Assembly: GCA_030704615.1 (NCBI GenBank)
Contig: CM060734.1
Location: 24,118,001-24,182,000 of the forward strand
Direction of reading: 5' to 3'
From: Takakia lepidozioides
Taxonomy: Eukaryota; Plantae; Bryophyta
DNA: 64,000 bases
Notes under the pieces: model-generated
The model's input: only the letters and a program-made list of their open reading frames with translations
Database searches by the model: none
What the model was told of the DNA's origin: nothing
Shown: positions 48,897-61,314 of the stretch, piece by piece
Layout of the letters: each line of letters begins with the position of its first letter
Numbering within the stretch: position 1 is the stretch's first letter
Translations under genes and position numbers: made by a program

Positions 48897-49781
48897 GCAA
48901 GTATCTGAGACTAACAGGAGCCTTAGGGGTGACAGCAGCGCACTGTAGAGGGGGGTTACACAGTCCGTCACAGTCGTCACAGCCAACACAGCCAACACAG
49001 TCCGTCACAGTCGTCACAGCCAACACAGCCAACACAGCCAGACACAGTCAGCACAGCCCGTCACAAGCCGACACAGCCACACAGCAGTCACAGCCCGACA
49101 CAGTCGTCACAGTTTCACACAGCCAGTCACAGCTTGACACAACTGTCACGATCATAGGGAACGGAGAGCAGGACAGGGAACGACTGTGGGGAACAACACC
49201 TGCAAATGGAACATGTTAGTTCACGGACGACGGTTAGTGAGGGAACGGTTAGAGCCACAGGTAGGATGAGAGGGATAGATTGGGAAGCACTTGGGGGGGG
49301 GAGGGGTTCTTGGTTATGCATGAGAGGGGATCGGGCGGAGAGCAAGAACGGAAGCAAAGATGGAGAGTACGGTAAAGGAGGAAAGATGATTAGTAGATGC
49401 TTGTTATATGCAAAGCTGTAGTGATATTGTAGAGCAGATTAGAGACACAATGGCTTCGGCCTGATACCTGATAAATCATAATCTGATACTTATACGATAC
49501 AATCACACTGTGTAGAGAGATCTGAGTGAAGCTGTGGAATGAATTGATGAGTTGATGGAATCCGATAGATTGATGAAGCAAACTGATACTTAATTATCAA
49601 TGGTAAGGTAGCTAACATGAATGCGAAAGGGAAACAAATAGGAAACACCCCCATGATACACTAGCTGTAGGTCATGACTGATTGTTCTGCGCGGGCTGAG
49701 TACTTAGAGATTTCCAACTCTTCTATCTTGGAGTTTCCGCCTCAGATAGCGAAGGGATGGGTGAGTAAAAGCTGCGCGACA
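48897..49781 (+). repeat. 5'-truncated LTR copy embedded in the element's own extra ORF
   Basis: Matches ~50500-51327 and ends GCGCGACA. The ORF stops at TKTKEV and resumes at DHWVLPS (49783). Confidence 0.75.
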
Positions 49782-50432
49782 AGATCATTGGGTCTTACCT
49801 TCAGTACCACCTCATATGTACCTATATGAGGCAAAAGTTATGATGCAAAAGGATTCTCAAATTCGTTTCATGGTTTCAAGCGGCCTGGAACAATTGTCAA
49901 CACAGAAATTCGGCATTGATGATATTTTTCTATAAGGGACATTGGCATGGAAATACTTGCACGGTGCACAAGTAATGGTACCCCACTCACCTGGACAAAC
50001 AAGGAGCTCAGTGTCTTCACAATTTTGCTGTTCAGCGTTTACAGCAAGTTGTAAATATAAACTTCCAGACATGGTTATGACATTGAGGATTTCCACAAAA
50101 AGTTCGACAATTAAAACACCTGAGAGGCGATGAGGATTCTGATACAACTGTTTTCTTCAGCGGATTCTTTTGACATGGGAGAAGACTATGCAATACAGAT
50201 GGCAGAGAAGAAGCGACGGGGGTCTCATATGCCTGAAAGGTTACCTCGATATCAGCCTCCTCACTTATCCGGGTAGTGTTCAAACATCTTCGTCAACAGT
50301 GACAGACCTCGGGCTCGTACACACCAGTCCGCCACGAAACTCTCAATGTCAGAAAGGTGCTCACTCACAAAAGTTTGCTAATCGCAATCAGTAAACCGTG
50401 AGGACACGGCTTTTTGAGAGGGGAAGGGGTAA

Positions 50433-51327
50433 TGTTAGAGGACTGTCTGGGACTTAGACACTTATACGGGATCTGTAGGGTACCCTTAATTTTTGCACAG
50501 ACTGAGATCAACAAGAGCCTTAGGGGTGCAGCGCACTGTAGAAGGGGGTTACAGTCCATCACAGCCAACACAGCCCGTCACAGTCGTCACAGTCGTCACA
50601 GCCGACACAGCCAGTCACAGCCCGTCACAGTTTCACACAGCCAGTCACAGCTTGACACAGCTGTCACGACCATAGGAACGGAGAGCAGGACAGGGAACGA
50701 CTGTGGGGAACAACACCTGCAAATGGAACATGTTAGTTCACGGACGGACGGTTAGTGAGGGAAACGGTTAGAGCCACGGGTAGGAAGATAAAGGGAGAAG
50801 CAAGGACTGAGAAGGGGATTATTATTCTTGGAAGCACGTCAGGGGGAGGACTTCTTGGTCATGGATGAGAGGGGATCGGGCGGAGAGCAAGAACGGAAGC
50901 AAGCATGGAGAGCATGGTGAAGGAGGAGAGATGATTAGTAGATGCTTGTTATATGCAAAGCTGTAGTGATATTGTAAAGCAGATTAGAGACACAATGGCT
51001 TCGGCCTGATACCTGATAAATCATAATCTAATACTTATACGATACAATCACACTGTGTAGAGAGATCTGAGTGAAGCTGTGGAATGAATGGATGAGTTGA
51101 AGGAATCCGATAGATTGATGAAGCAAACTGATACTTAATTATCAATGGTAAGGTAGCTAACATGAATGTGGAAAGGGAAAACAAATAGGAAACACCCCAT
51201 GATACACTAGCTGTAGGTCATGACTGATTGTTCTGAGCGGGCTGAGTACTTAGAGATTTCCAACTCTTCTATCTTGGAGTTTCCGCCTCGGATAGCGAAG
51301 GGATGGGTGAGTAAAAGCCGCGCGACA
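50433..51327 (+). repeat. 3' LTR
   Basis: PPT GAGAGGGGAAGGGG then TGTTAGAG...GCGCGACA. Confidence 0.75.
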
Positions 51328-52761
51328 CCCAACACCGAGACACATTGAGGTATGTCACTATACGTGGAGGGGATATCGACTAGGTGTTCGGCGTTTCCAC
51401 CTTGGGGACTATGTGTATCTGCAGCAGATAGCGCCTACGACCTTGGATGTTACAGCAGGATGTGTGATTCTAAGGGTCAGGGGGGTGTTGCCTTCAGGAG
51501 TGTTGATCCTGGAGAGTTGAGATGACATGGTATGGAAGGACCATGTGCGCAATTGTGCGCCATGTCACCTTCCACATATGGATGGGAGGATAGATCCCAA
51601 CTTTGCAGTGGTACCTGTAGGGTTACGTTGCATGCTATGTGGGCATGCTAGTGGTGCCACCACTATGCTGGTGTGTGATCAATGCTCAAGAGGTTGGCAC
51701 ATGGGATGCTTGACACCAGCTCTTGAGAGGGTTCATGATGGAGATTGGTTATGTCCACACTGCTTGGGATAGTGGCAGTGGATATGACTAGTGGCAGCTA
51801 ACAAGACATGGGAAGCCAAGCTCACAGGAGTCAATATCCGAGATATCAGGCTCAAGTTCACAGGTTGCAAGACGGCGACTAACGATGGGGCAACTCTTGC
51901 ACCCGGCCTCTTGATATATCGAGTTTGAGTGTAGTAGGAACAGTGGTGGAGGACTTAGTGAGGCTATGGCTACTTCACATCTTGTGGCTACCTGGACTTA
52001 GAGGGACCTAAGCGCCAGCTAGGGGGGCGATTGTGATGGGCTAGTGGCAGCCTAGTGGTTGGACTAGTGGCTGCACTAGTGGTGGCTAGTGGTAGCCTAG
52101 TGGTTGGACTAGTGGTTGCACTAGTGATGGCTAGTGGCAGCCTACTGGTTGGACTAGTGGCTGCACTAGTGGTGACTAGTGGTTGTCTAGTACTGACAGC
52201 CTAGTGGTGCACTAGTGGTGGACTAATGATAGACTAGTATTTGGTGTGCACATGTGTTGTGTGGTTTTGGATAGCGATGTAGTTGTGTAGCGATATGTAT
52301 GTGCACGACAGCTGTCAAGTTATTTTACCACTAGTGTGAAGTTAGCTAGGAAATAACTAGCTTTTATATATTGACATTTGGGATTGACCCAAGTGTCAAT
52401 CCAGGGGCCAATATATGTTTGGACACCTAGCGTTGTTATCTTCACGACAGATCGCGTTAGGCTCATCTTTCTTGAGTTGAGCCTCACCGCGTCTAGCTAT
52501 GGCGCCATAGTGTGGATTCCCCATGATGTGGGGTGCACTTGGCTCGATTTAATATATGAGTGATGTTTTCATGTGCAAGTGTGTGAGTTTGAGAGAGCTT
52601 GTGTGCTTGTATCCTTCTTCCTTATCTATTGTGATGGGTTAGTGGCAGCCTAGTGGTTGGACTAGTGGCTGCACTAGTGATAGACTAGTGTTTGGTGTGC
52701 ACATGTGTTGTGTGGTTTTGGACAGCGATGTAGTTGTGTAGCAATATGTATGCGCACGACA
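51328..52761 (+). mobile_element. 3' fragment of a Ty3/gypsy element with PHD finger, PPT and LTR
   Basis: RRFHLGDYVYL integrase-tail-like segment, PHD finger, PPT AGGGGGGCGA (52021), LTR start TGTGATGGG at 52032 repeated at 52630, CTAGTGG microrepeats. Confidence 0.6.
51527..51772 (+). CDS. PHD finger (C4HC3), C-terminus of a retroelement polyprotein
   Basis: CMLC...MLVCDQCSRGWHMGCLTPAL....GDWLCPHC. Confidence 0.85.
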   Translation: MVWKDHVRNCAPCHLPHMDGRIDPNFAVVPVGLRCMLCGHASGATTMLVCDQCSRGWHMGCLTPALERVHDGDWLCPHCLG

Positions 52762-54864
52762 GACCCCTTTCCGATGTACATATCCCACCCCCGCAGCCTC
52801 GGATCCTCTCACCTATCCATACTCATGTAATATTAAAGCTTTCCAAAAACACTTCCACCAAGCCTCATCAAACTTTATACACAAAAATATCCCCAATACT
52901 CTTAGACGCGTGCAACCTACCCCCTATCAAAGCATGGGTTACAACTGAGTCCCTGCTCACAGCCACTATGCAAGAAATGACAAAAAATGTACTAGCTACG
53001 TGCTCTTCCCCCCCTGACCTCCCCCAAACTCCATACTCCAAACAAAATGGAGGCTATCTTACCCGCACTCAAAAACGCGAATGGACTCTACACCTCAACA
53101 TCTATCACTCCATCAGGCGTGCCCTCTCCATCACTCCAACATGCCCAACCCCCTCATACAATAACTGGCAAGCCGACCCACCAATCACCATTTCGAACAC
53201 TCTCCCGATATGCCAACCCCTCATGCCTCCCCCTACAGACCCGCTTGCTCTCCCCCAATGGACCGCCTCCCTCTCCAAGATTGGCAGAGACGCAAAAAAA
53301 AACTGCTTATGCCATCACAAAACAAAAAGCCACCGAAAACCAAAAAAAAATCGACACTTCCATTGGACAACTACTACACGATCACCCTAAAAGAGCTCAC
53401 AAAGCCATCTTCAACCCCGCCATCAACCCACCCATCAACTGCATCAAACACAGACTAGGACACATGCTAACTAAACCTGACGATATCAAACATGAAATTT
53501 GGCTTCAAGCCTCTGCCTCATACACGCCCACTGTCAGTAATTCGCTACACCCTATCAAACACGTACACAACTTCTTATGTAGAGTAAAACATTATCCATG
53601 GCATGATCTTGATGGCTTCTCGCTTGAGAAGCGGGGTTGCCCCGAAGATCGCATCATTAACTCCTTCACCTAGGACCTATTCAACTCCTGTTTAAAAGCT
53701 CTTTCCAAATCAAAAGCCCCGGGCCCGGATCTAATTCCAAATTCCATTTTACAAGCACTTGACCCCCAGTTCCACTATCTCTTTTTTCAAAATTTTCCGA
53801 CTTTGCTATCTACTTCAGCGTATCCCATATTCCTGGAAACATAGCCGGACCATTCACCTATTCAAAAAAGGTGACCCTACGGACCTAAGTAATTATGCCC
53901 TCGCAAATACTATCTACAAACTATTTACCAACACCCTAAACAACGATGTTGTCTAACTACGGAGAACAACACCGGATTCTAAGTGACCCCCAAGAAGGGT
54001 TCCGAGCCACACGCAGCACCATCCAACAGATACAATACGTCATTTCTGCCCTAGAAGACGCAAAACTTACCAAACAAGATATATACCTCCTCTATATTGA
54101 CTTCAAAAATGCCTTCGGCTCCCTAGACCACCCCCGACTACTGGCCACTATGACAGATCTGGGGTACCCCACCAACGCTATTCAACTTATCGGTAACATT
54201 TACACCAGTAGTACCACAGAATACTCCGGCTCCTACTATGCCCCCCCCCCCCCCCCCCCCATCCCTATTTTACGTGGCACCATCCAAGGGGACACGCTGA
54301 GCCCCTATCTCTTCATCATTTTTCTCGAACCATTGTTAAGATGGCCTGTCCGAGGTAACTCAGGCTACAAATACAAAACCTCCACGAACGAAATCTCCGC
54401 TGCCGCCTATGCGGATGACCTCGCTATTCTCGTACACAAACCCCAGCATCTCAACCGCCAGGTTAATAAACTATCCTGCTTCAACCAATGGTCAGGCATG
54501 GAACTCAGCCTCCACAAATGCGCAGTCACTGCAGTAAACTCACTAAATCTACGATCGCCTCCCACTATAAGCTTCACATACACTATCAACAAAAACCTTT
54601 CCCCTTCCTGGGCCCAGATGAACCCTGTACTTATTTGGGTATCTAACTGGTCCCCTCGCTCACCTGGCATATACAAAAGCAAACAACCATCTCTAAATTA
54701 ACCAGCAAAAGCTTAGCCCTTCTTAAATCCCCAATCTCCATCTGCCCCAAATTAGCTATCATCCAAAAAGTCCTCAATCCACAAGTCCAATACGCCTTCT
54801 ATGCAACCCCCTTCTCCCTACCTGACATTAGACAGCTGGACAAAAATATTATCCAACTTACTAA
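52762..54864 (+). pseudogene. LINE (non-LTR) reverse transcriptase fragment, frameshifted
   Basis: KAPGPD, QEGFR, IDFKNAF, GTIQGDTLSPYLF, AYADDL; C/A-rich sense strand. Confidence 0.88.
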
Positions 54865-57079
54865 CACTAGAAGCATTCGTGTCATGTACCACTGGGGTAA
54901 CGACTCATTTTGAGTCGTAAAAGTCAAAAAATTGGGATCGACTGGAAGTTACAAATGACTAGTTACAACAGACGTGGTAGTTGGGTTGTACATCCAATGA
55001 TTGGAGTGGTAAAGGACGCAGACGCGCGAACAATTGCTCAGCGATTAATGCGATTAATGCTGAAGAACCACGTGGCGTAACCAGGCCGGCCACCCGTGTG
55101 TCTGACCTTTTGGGCTGACTTTGACTTCTCCCTCCGGATGAGTGGACTGATTCACCGGGGCGCGGTGACACATGGACGACGACGTGGACGCCGACGTGGC
55201 GGCGCCGCGACGAGTAGCAATGCTGCCGCGTGGCCATGGGCCTAGGACGCCACGTCGCAGTCGGCCACATAACTTGGAGTGCTACATGTCAGCTGGCAAC
55301 AGCGACTGGCGAAGTCGACTACAAAACTGCCGGCAGACAAATCCACGGGGACCACGTGGAGAGTGTGTGGGTCGACGCGTGGCGTCGTCCCCATGCAATG
55401 GCAGTGAGGGGTACGACTGCTAGTGGAAAGACGCAGAGAGGTTGTGCCCTCTCGGGACTGCTTTGGCCAACTCCGCTGCCATTGTGATAGTTGGTTGCAC
55501 TACACTAGGAAAGCACTGTAGACAAGCACTTGTAGTGGTTTGTGTGAGTTCTGCAAATGACCTGCATTCTAAGCTGAAAGTATGGTTCTGATGCATTCTA
55601 GTGGTTTTAGTGGTTCACCCATATGCAGGGGGAATTGAGAAGCAATGATACTGGGCGAAACTCAGAACACAGACCACGATGCATGCACAACATCACGCCA
55701 ATGAACCAAATAGACGTAGTCCAGGGAGACCAAAGACCATCACACATACACATAAAAGGTGGATGGACACGATGACAAGTCAGGAAAATGTGATATCACA
55801 TTCAGATAAGAGACCGTCACGGCACACGTGCGTATGAGCAAGACAAAATGCCAACATACATGGTTGCCGGACATTACATAAACTGTCATGGCCCGAATGT
55901 TCAAAACTGGTAACATGAGTATCATACACACTTCTATGAGTATCATACACACCCAACAGGGACTACAAACATGAAATCTCACTTGACACTTTCACCTTTT
56001 CTCATACTCTTCTCTGGCCACAGAGTCACCGTGCCTTTCACGTGCGCTAGTGTGGTCTGGGGGGGGGGGGCATCGTCCAGATTTGGGGCTACCTTGTACC
56101 ACCCGGACGAATGTCACTTGTCCCTCGGCTATTCCACCACTTCCGCCTTTGTTGCGGCTGTCTTTGACCGCTTGTCATTGGGGTTCAAGAGAAACACAGG
56201 ATCTGATATCTGCAGACACCAACATCAACTGCCACTCAGCAACAAACATAGCAATGACAAGGAGCGCACGTGGGCATGGAAACGATCTTGGTTGACGATA
56301 CTGAATCAACATCAAATTTGGGGTGTTTCTTTGTACCTTGAAGCGAGGCTCGTCGCTGAGGGTGGCAACCGAGGAAAGTTGCCCATGTGTCTTCAACTGC
56401 ATCAGCAAAAAGAGGTTTAGTCAGACGGATAAGAATAACATGAACTCTGGTTGCTGCAATGGTATAAACACACCTCCACGGAGCAAGCTAACAAACACCC
56501 TGCTCAGACCCTGCAAACTACAACTTCCTGGCAAAAATAACCCTACTAAAAACTAGGCAAAAGCAAGGAACCATGAATGCATGCCTAGGGAACCACGTCC
56601 TGCTGCGATGATGGTGCTGGGGACAACCCACTCCTCTTGCTCACCTGCAATGAACACACAATGCAATGCTTCAGGAAGTGTATCCATAAAGGAAACCAGC
56701 CAAGCAAGTTTGCGGAGAGGGGCTGGGAACAAACCATACCTTGGGCGCTGCCTCCTCATGCCGGGGGGCAGATCCGGAATGCTGGCGACGTAGCCCTATG
56801 GTCCTTGGCGAAGGACCCACCTTCTTCACATTCGACCCCAGTGCCACTCCCTGTGATCCCTGCAATACATATAGTGCCAGCCATGCGTGAGAGGGCATCC
56901 GGGGGGAGGTTTACTATTTCATGAGCAGAAGCCATGAGCCATGAGCCGCATGAGCCGCATGAGCGGTGAGCCGAAGTCTAAGATACGCGGATTTCATGAG
57001 CGGACTCCTCCAAATTTGGAAATGCGGCAGATTAAACAAGTATTAAAATAATAGTTTTTTAATTTGACCTTGCCGTTTT

Positions 57080-58160
57080 CTGTCGGATTCGAAGAGTCCG
57101 CTGGAATACCCTGCTGCCCAGAACTCTGCCAATGCTACTGTGTGTCTCCTCCAACATTTTATCCGCTGCACTTTTGAAATCCTCCGGAGACATGTCTGTA
57201 GGTGCCGGTAGTGGCTGAGCAGCTGGAGCATCCTCAACTGGAGCTGCACTCTGGGGCCTGTCTGCGGGCAATTCTGCCATTGCAGAGGCCTCCTCCGGGC
57301 CTGCTTGCTCATCGGTGGTGAGGTCTTGCTGCGAACGTTGAGCGGCAGCACCCTCCTCCGGTACCAAATCGAGATCAACGGTCGATCCCATTGCCTTCGC
57401 TGCAGCAGAGTCGGCCCCAACATCTGCAGGCGGGAAATCCTCCAGGAACTGAGCTTCAGCTCGTGGAAGCGGTTTTGCGGGAGATTGTTCGGCCGTCGCC
57501 CTGATTGCCTTCTGCTTCCTCATCCTTGCAGGTGAAGGTGTCTGCTGCAATTGAATCTGTCTTTTACCCTGCTACTTCATTCGCGTTGGGGGGGGTGAAT
57601 CGGCCTGAGCCGGTTCAGAAGCCAGTAGAGGGACGGGCTGCTTCTTCTTCGACTTTGCTGGAGAAGGGCCCGACCCTTGCTGGCGATTCTCCATGACCGA
57701 AGAACGCGAGTCGATCTCTGGGGCTTTGAACTTGCCCTTCGAAGCCGCGTCTTTGAATCGCACAGGGCTAGGCCCGACAGGAATACCCGCGCTCGGGGAT
57801 CGGGTGGGTGTACGTGCTGCAGCTAGCTCCTCGGACTCTTCCTGCGGCTCTTCGGATTCCTGCGATCCCTCCAGCACGTCCACCTTTCCTATTAGGCATG
57901 CAAACATGTTCAGCATTCAAGTCTCCTAGCATTCAGTCTAAGAATTACAGAAGCAAAATGGGGGGTTCGGTGCTTGATCAGCTGCGCGCAGCCCGATCGC
58001 ATGGAGCTCTCACTGGTGGCTGGGTTGCCTGAGTGGCCTGCTGCTCGGAGATGGCAATCTCCTCCTGTAGACGCATCTGCTTCCTCCCCTTCGGCATTGG
58101 CCTACGTCCGAAGTATAATTTCCGGAGCTTGCGACGAGGTCTCCTGTCTGGTGCACGAAC
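57080..58160 (-). pseudogene. 5' part of the subfamily-B cargo gene (truncated)
   Basis: RPRRKLRKLYFGRRPMPKGRKQMRLQEEI is homologous to A2 RPRRKLKALYYGRRPISRMAKLKLQQEI and sits in the same position relative to the array and transposase. Followed by low-complexity A/E/P/S-rich ORFs. Confidence 0.55.
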
Positions 58161-58529
58161 TCCCCCCCCTCTCAGGTTCGAGCATAAGAAGAACAGAGAG
58201 AAGGAAAAAGGGCAAAGAGTGCAGATGGAAAGGGCGCGAGAGGGGTGACTGAGGAGACACGACAAAAGTAGATGAAACGGCGGTGATGCACCACTTGGGT
58301 TCGAAAGGGTTGAACGAAAGTGTCTCCTCGTGGACTTTGCGTCATTACGAAATTCGAATCGTTCAGGGTACGCCTGCCGTCCGAAAAATAAACATCATTA
58401 TCCAACGGTCAGGCCGCGCCGCCTAATGCCCCTTCCGTCAGATAGAGTGCCGACATGTGCAGCAATTCCGTTGCTCCACGTGTTCACATTTCAAGGCATT
58501 TCCGTCCCAGCGTCTGATGAGTTGGAGTG

Positions 58530-60062
58530 AAAATGTGAATGCGGCGCCGCATTTCCGTTAAGTACCATCACGAAGCTACACATCCGTACTTGTTGGAAGA
58601 AAATGCGGCACCGCATTTCCATTCCACCTTCACATACCTTAGTTGTTGAACGGAAATACGGTGCCGCAATTCCGTCCCACAGCTCCATGTATGAGATACA
58701 AAAGGGAAATGCGGCGCCGCATTTCCGTTCTGGAATGTCGAAAGGTGCAATTCGGACGGAAATGAGGCACAACATTTCAGTTCCCGTGGTTCATGATTTT
58801 CAATGTGAACGGAAATGCGGTACCGCATTTCCGTTCCCCCTTCACATACGTTAGTTGATGAACGGAAATGCCGTGCCACATTTCCGTTCGGGAAAGTATA
58901 GAGGTCTCACCTGGACAAAAATGCGGTGCCGCATTTCCGGTCTGGAAAGTTTGAAGGTCTCACATGGATGGAAATGCGGCACCACATTTCCGTACCACAG
59001 CTCCAGGCCCCATATACAAAACGGAAATGCGGCGCCGCATTTCCGTTCTAGAATGTCGGAAGGTGCGACTCGGACGGAAATGCGGTGCTGCATTTCTGTT
59101 CCCGTTGCGCACGATTTTCAGTCAGAACGGAAATGCGGTACCGCATTTCCGTTCTGTAGAGTATTAACGTCTGACGCTGGCGGAAATGTTGTGCCGCATT
59201 TTCGTTCCACAACTCCATGCCTCACATACAAAACGGAAATGCGGCGCCGCATTTCCGTTTTGGAATGTCGGAAGGTGCGACTCCGACGGAAATGCGGTAC
59301 CGCATTTCAGTTCCGATGTTTCAGGATATTTCATCAGAACGGAAATGCGGTGCCGCATTTCCGTTCTGGAATGTTGGGAGGTGCGACTCGGATGGAAATG
59401 CGTTGCCGCATTTCAGTTCCGATGGTTCACGATTTTCAGTCAGAACGGAAATGCGGTACCGCATTTCCTTTCTGGATAGTATGAATGTCTCAAGCGGTCG
59501 GAATTGCGCTGTCTCAGGCGGTCGGAATCGCACTCGGCTCCATGCATCAGATACAAAATGGAAATGCGGCGCCGCATTTCCGTTCTGGAATGTCGGAAAG
59601 TGCGACTCCGACAGAAATGCGGTCCCGCATTTCTGTTCCTGTTGTTCATAATTCTCAATCAGAACGGAAATGCGGTACCGCATTTCTGTTATGGAGAGTA
59701 TGAATGTCTTTTAAGGACGGAAATGTGCTGCAGCATTTCTATCCCTCAGCTCCATGCATCAGATACAAAATGGAAATGCGGCGCCGCATTTCCGTTCTGG
59801 AATGTCGGAAAAGTGCGACTCGGACGGAAATGCGGTGCCGCATTTATGTTCCCGTTGTTCATAATTCTCAATCAGAACGGAAATGCGGTACCGCATTTCC
59901 GTTCCACCTTCACATACCGTGCTTGCTGGATGGAAATGCGTTACCGCATTTCCGTTCTGGAGAGTATAAAGGTTTCCCCCGGACAGAAACTCGGTGCCGC
60001 ATTTCCGTCGCTCTAGTGCATGACCAAGAAGCAATACGGAAATGCGGCGCCGTATTTCCGTC
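58530..60062. repeat. Subfamily-B palindrome array, 53-bp period
   Basis: About 28 copies of GGAAATGCGGYRCCGCATTTCC; centres 58715, 58768, 58821 ... 59457 and 59570 ... 60048. Confidence 0.92.
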
Positions 60063-60473
60063 CACCAGCAATCGAAAGAATCACTCGGGACGGGAAATCT
60101 GGAACCTCAATGGGTTGCATTGTTCCGAAACAACATTGCGGCCAGTCTTGATGAGCACAACTTGGTTGTCTGACCGTTTTAACTAACAGTCCTGGCACTT
60201 GTCAGTGCGAACGTTCCTGTCTGCACCGAGATTACTGCTGGATCCACCCTCAGGAGAAACTGTCAGGAGATGTTATTTCGTCGCCGAATCGGCCATCATT
60301 ATCATACCTACTGGCTATGGAATCAAACCTCCCACCTTCATGCATGTAGCTTGAAACAATACTTTCCACTTCAATGTGCGACTTCCAATCGTCGATGGAC
60401 TCCGCATGGTGCCTGTGAGCCTTGGTCTGTCGCTATACTGAACCTCGTACTTGCCAACTCCGTGCGGTGTTCG

Positions 60474-61314
60474 ATGGCTCCGAATTCCTACGCTATAGTT
60501 TGTTGTCCTCCGCAACTTGGGAGAGCCTGGATCCCAAACGAGGGAGGACTTTGCAGAGTGACTGAAACTTACCTTTGTTCCAAATTCAAGCTCAAACCGG
60601 GCACAGTTTATTTGGAAGAAGAAAGGAAGGATGTTCCTGGACAGGTTGACGAGACCATTGTCGTGCTAGGTAACGACGGAGGTTGCGGAATCGAATGGCA
60701 CGTTCCCCCATCAGACACCATCCTGTACCGAGCTGTGGGAATGCCCATTCCCTTTCCAAATCAGTCGCTGCCCACACCATCCACAAAGGAGTCCGGAAAC
60801 CGAGAGGCGGCCACTGCCAACAGAGAGGTATGCAACGATAATCATTCCTGACCTGGACCGTCAAGACCCTCCATAGCTTCTCGTGTGGACGTATTCGACA
60901 TTTCCGACGAGGAAGATGATTGCATTGAGGTACCCATGTCCTCCACACGGTCGTTCAAATCCGGCATGGACGTCTCTGTCGGTGCTACGCATGTGCCCTC
61001 GAGCATAACTCCAACCCGGTCCATTGTGCAGCTCCTATGACAACATCACCTCGATGGTTCTCGCTCCGAGCTAGCTGCTCTCAACTATGCCAAATTTCCA
61101 GTCAGAAAGGTAACGTTTCTGCCTCCCGAAGTCGATGGCAATGTCATCTTCGAGTTTCCACCTGTTTCTTCGTCAAACAAAGCCTCCGGGATGTTAACAG
61201 ACATGGATCGAAAGCATGACGGACACCCCTGGTGTGTGACGAAGACCAGTAGCACGAAAATTGCTGATGGTGTTCGTGTACGATATGTCCTCTGTGCGGG
61301 GAAGCTGAGGTGCC
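60474..61314 (+). pseudogene. 5' fragment of subfamily-B transposase
   Basis: Near-identical to the reverse complement of 15157-15996; stop at 60849-60851; cut at CAGKLR. Confidence 0.85.

Larger units (their letters stand above)
43699..51327 (+). mobile_element. 3' half of Athila/Tat-like Ty3 element (integrase, extra ORF, LTR), degenerate
   Basis: Integrase H-H-C-C (VHKGVAGGHFG...CDEC), WGLDFVGP, SDQGSHF, PQGNGQAE at 43797-45000; extra ORF 45867-~50060; PPT and LTR at 50433-51327. Confidence 0.85.

Noticed and set aside
54865-56905. Possible CACTA element starting CACTAG, or a spliced gene on the minus strand
   Set aside because: No matching second TIR, TSD or recognisable protein motif; left unassigned.
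56906-57079. A 170-bp long TIR forming the opposite end of subfamily B
   Set aside because: Better explained as the same (transposase-3') end as 11571, because collinearity with B1 resumes at 61309 after an inverted insert.
58530-60062. CRISPR-like appearance (palindromic repeat, constant period, variable spacers)
   Set aside because: Spacers recur in a few related classes (higher-order duplication), the repeats are degenerate, there are no cas genes, and the context is eukaryotic.
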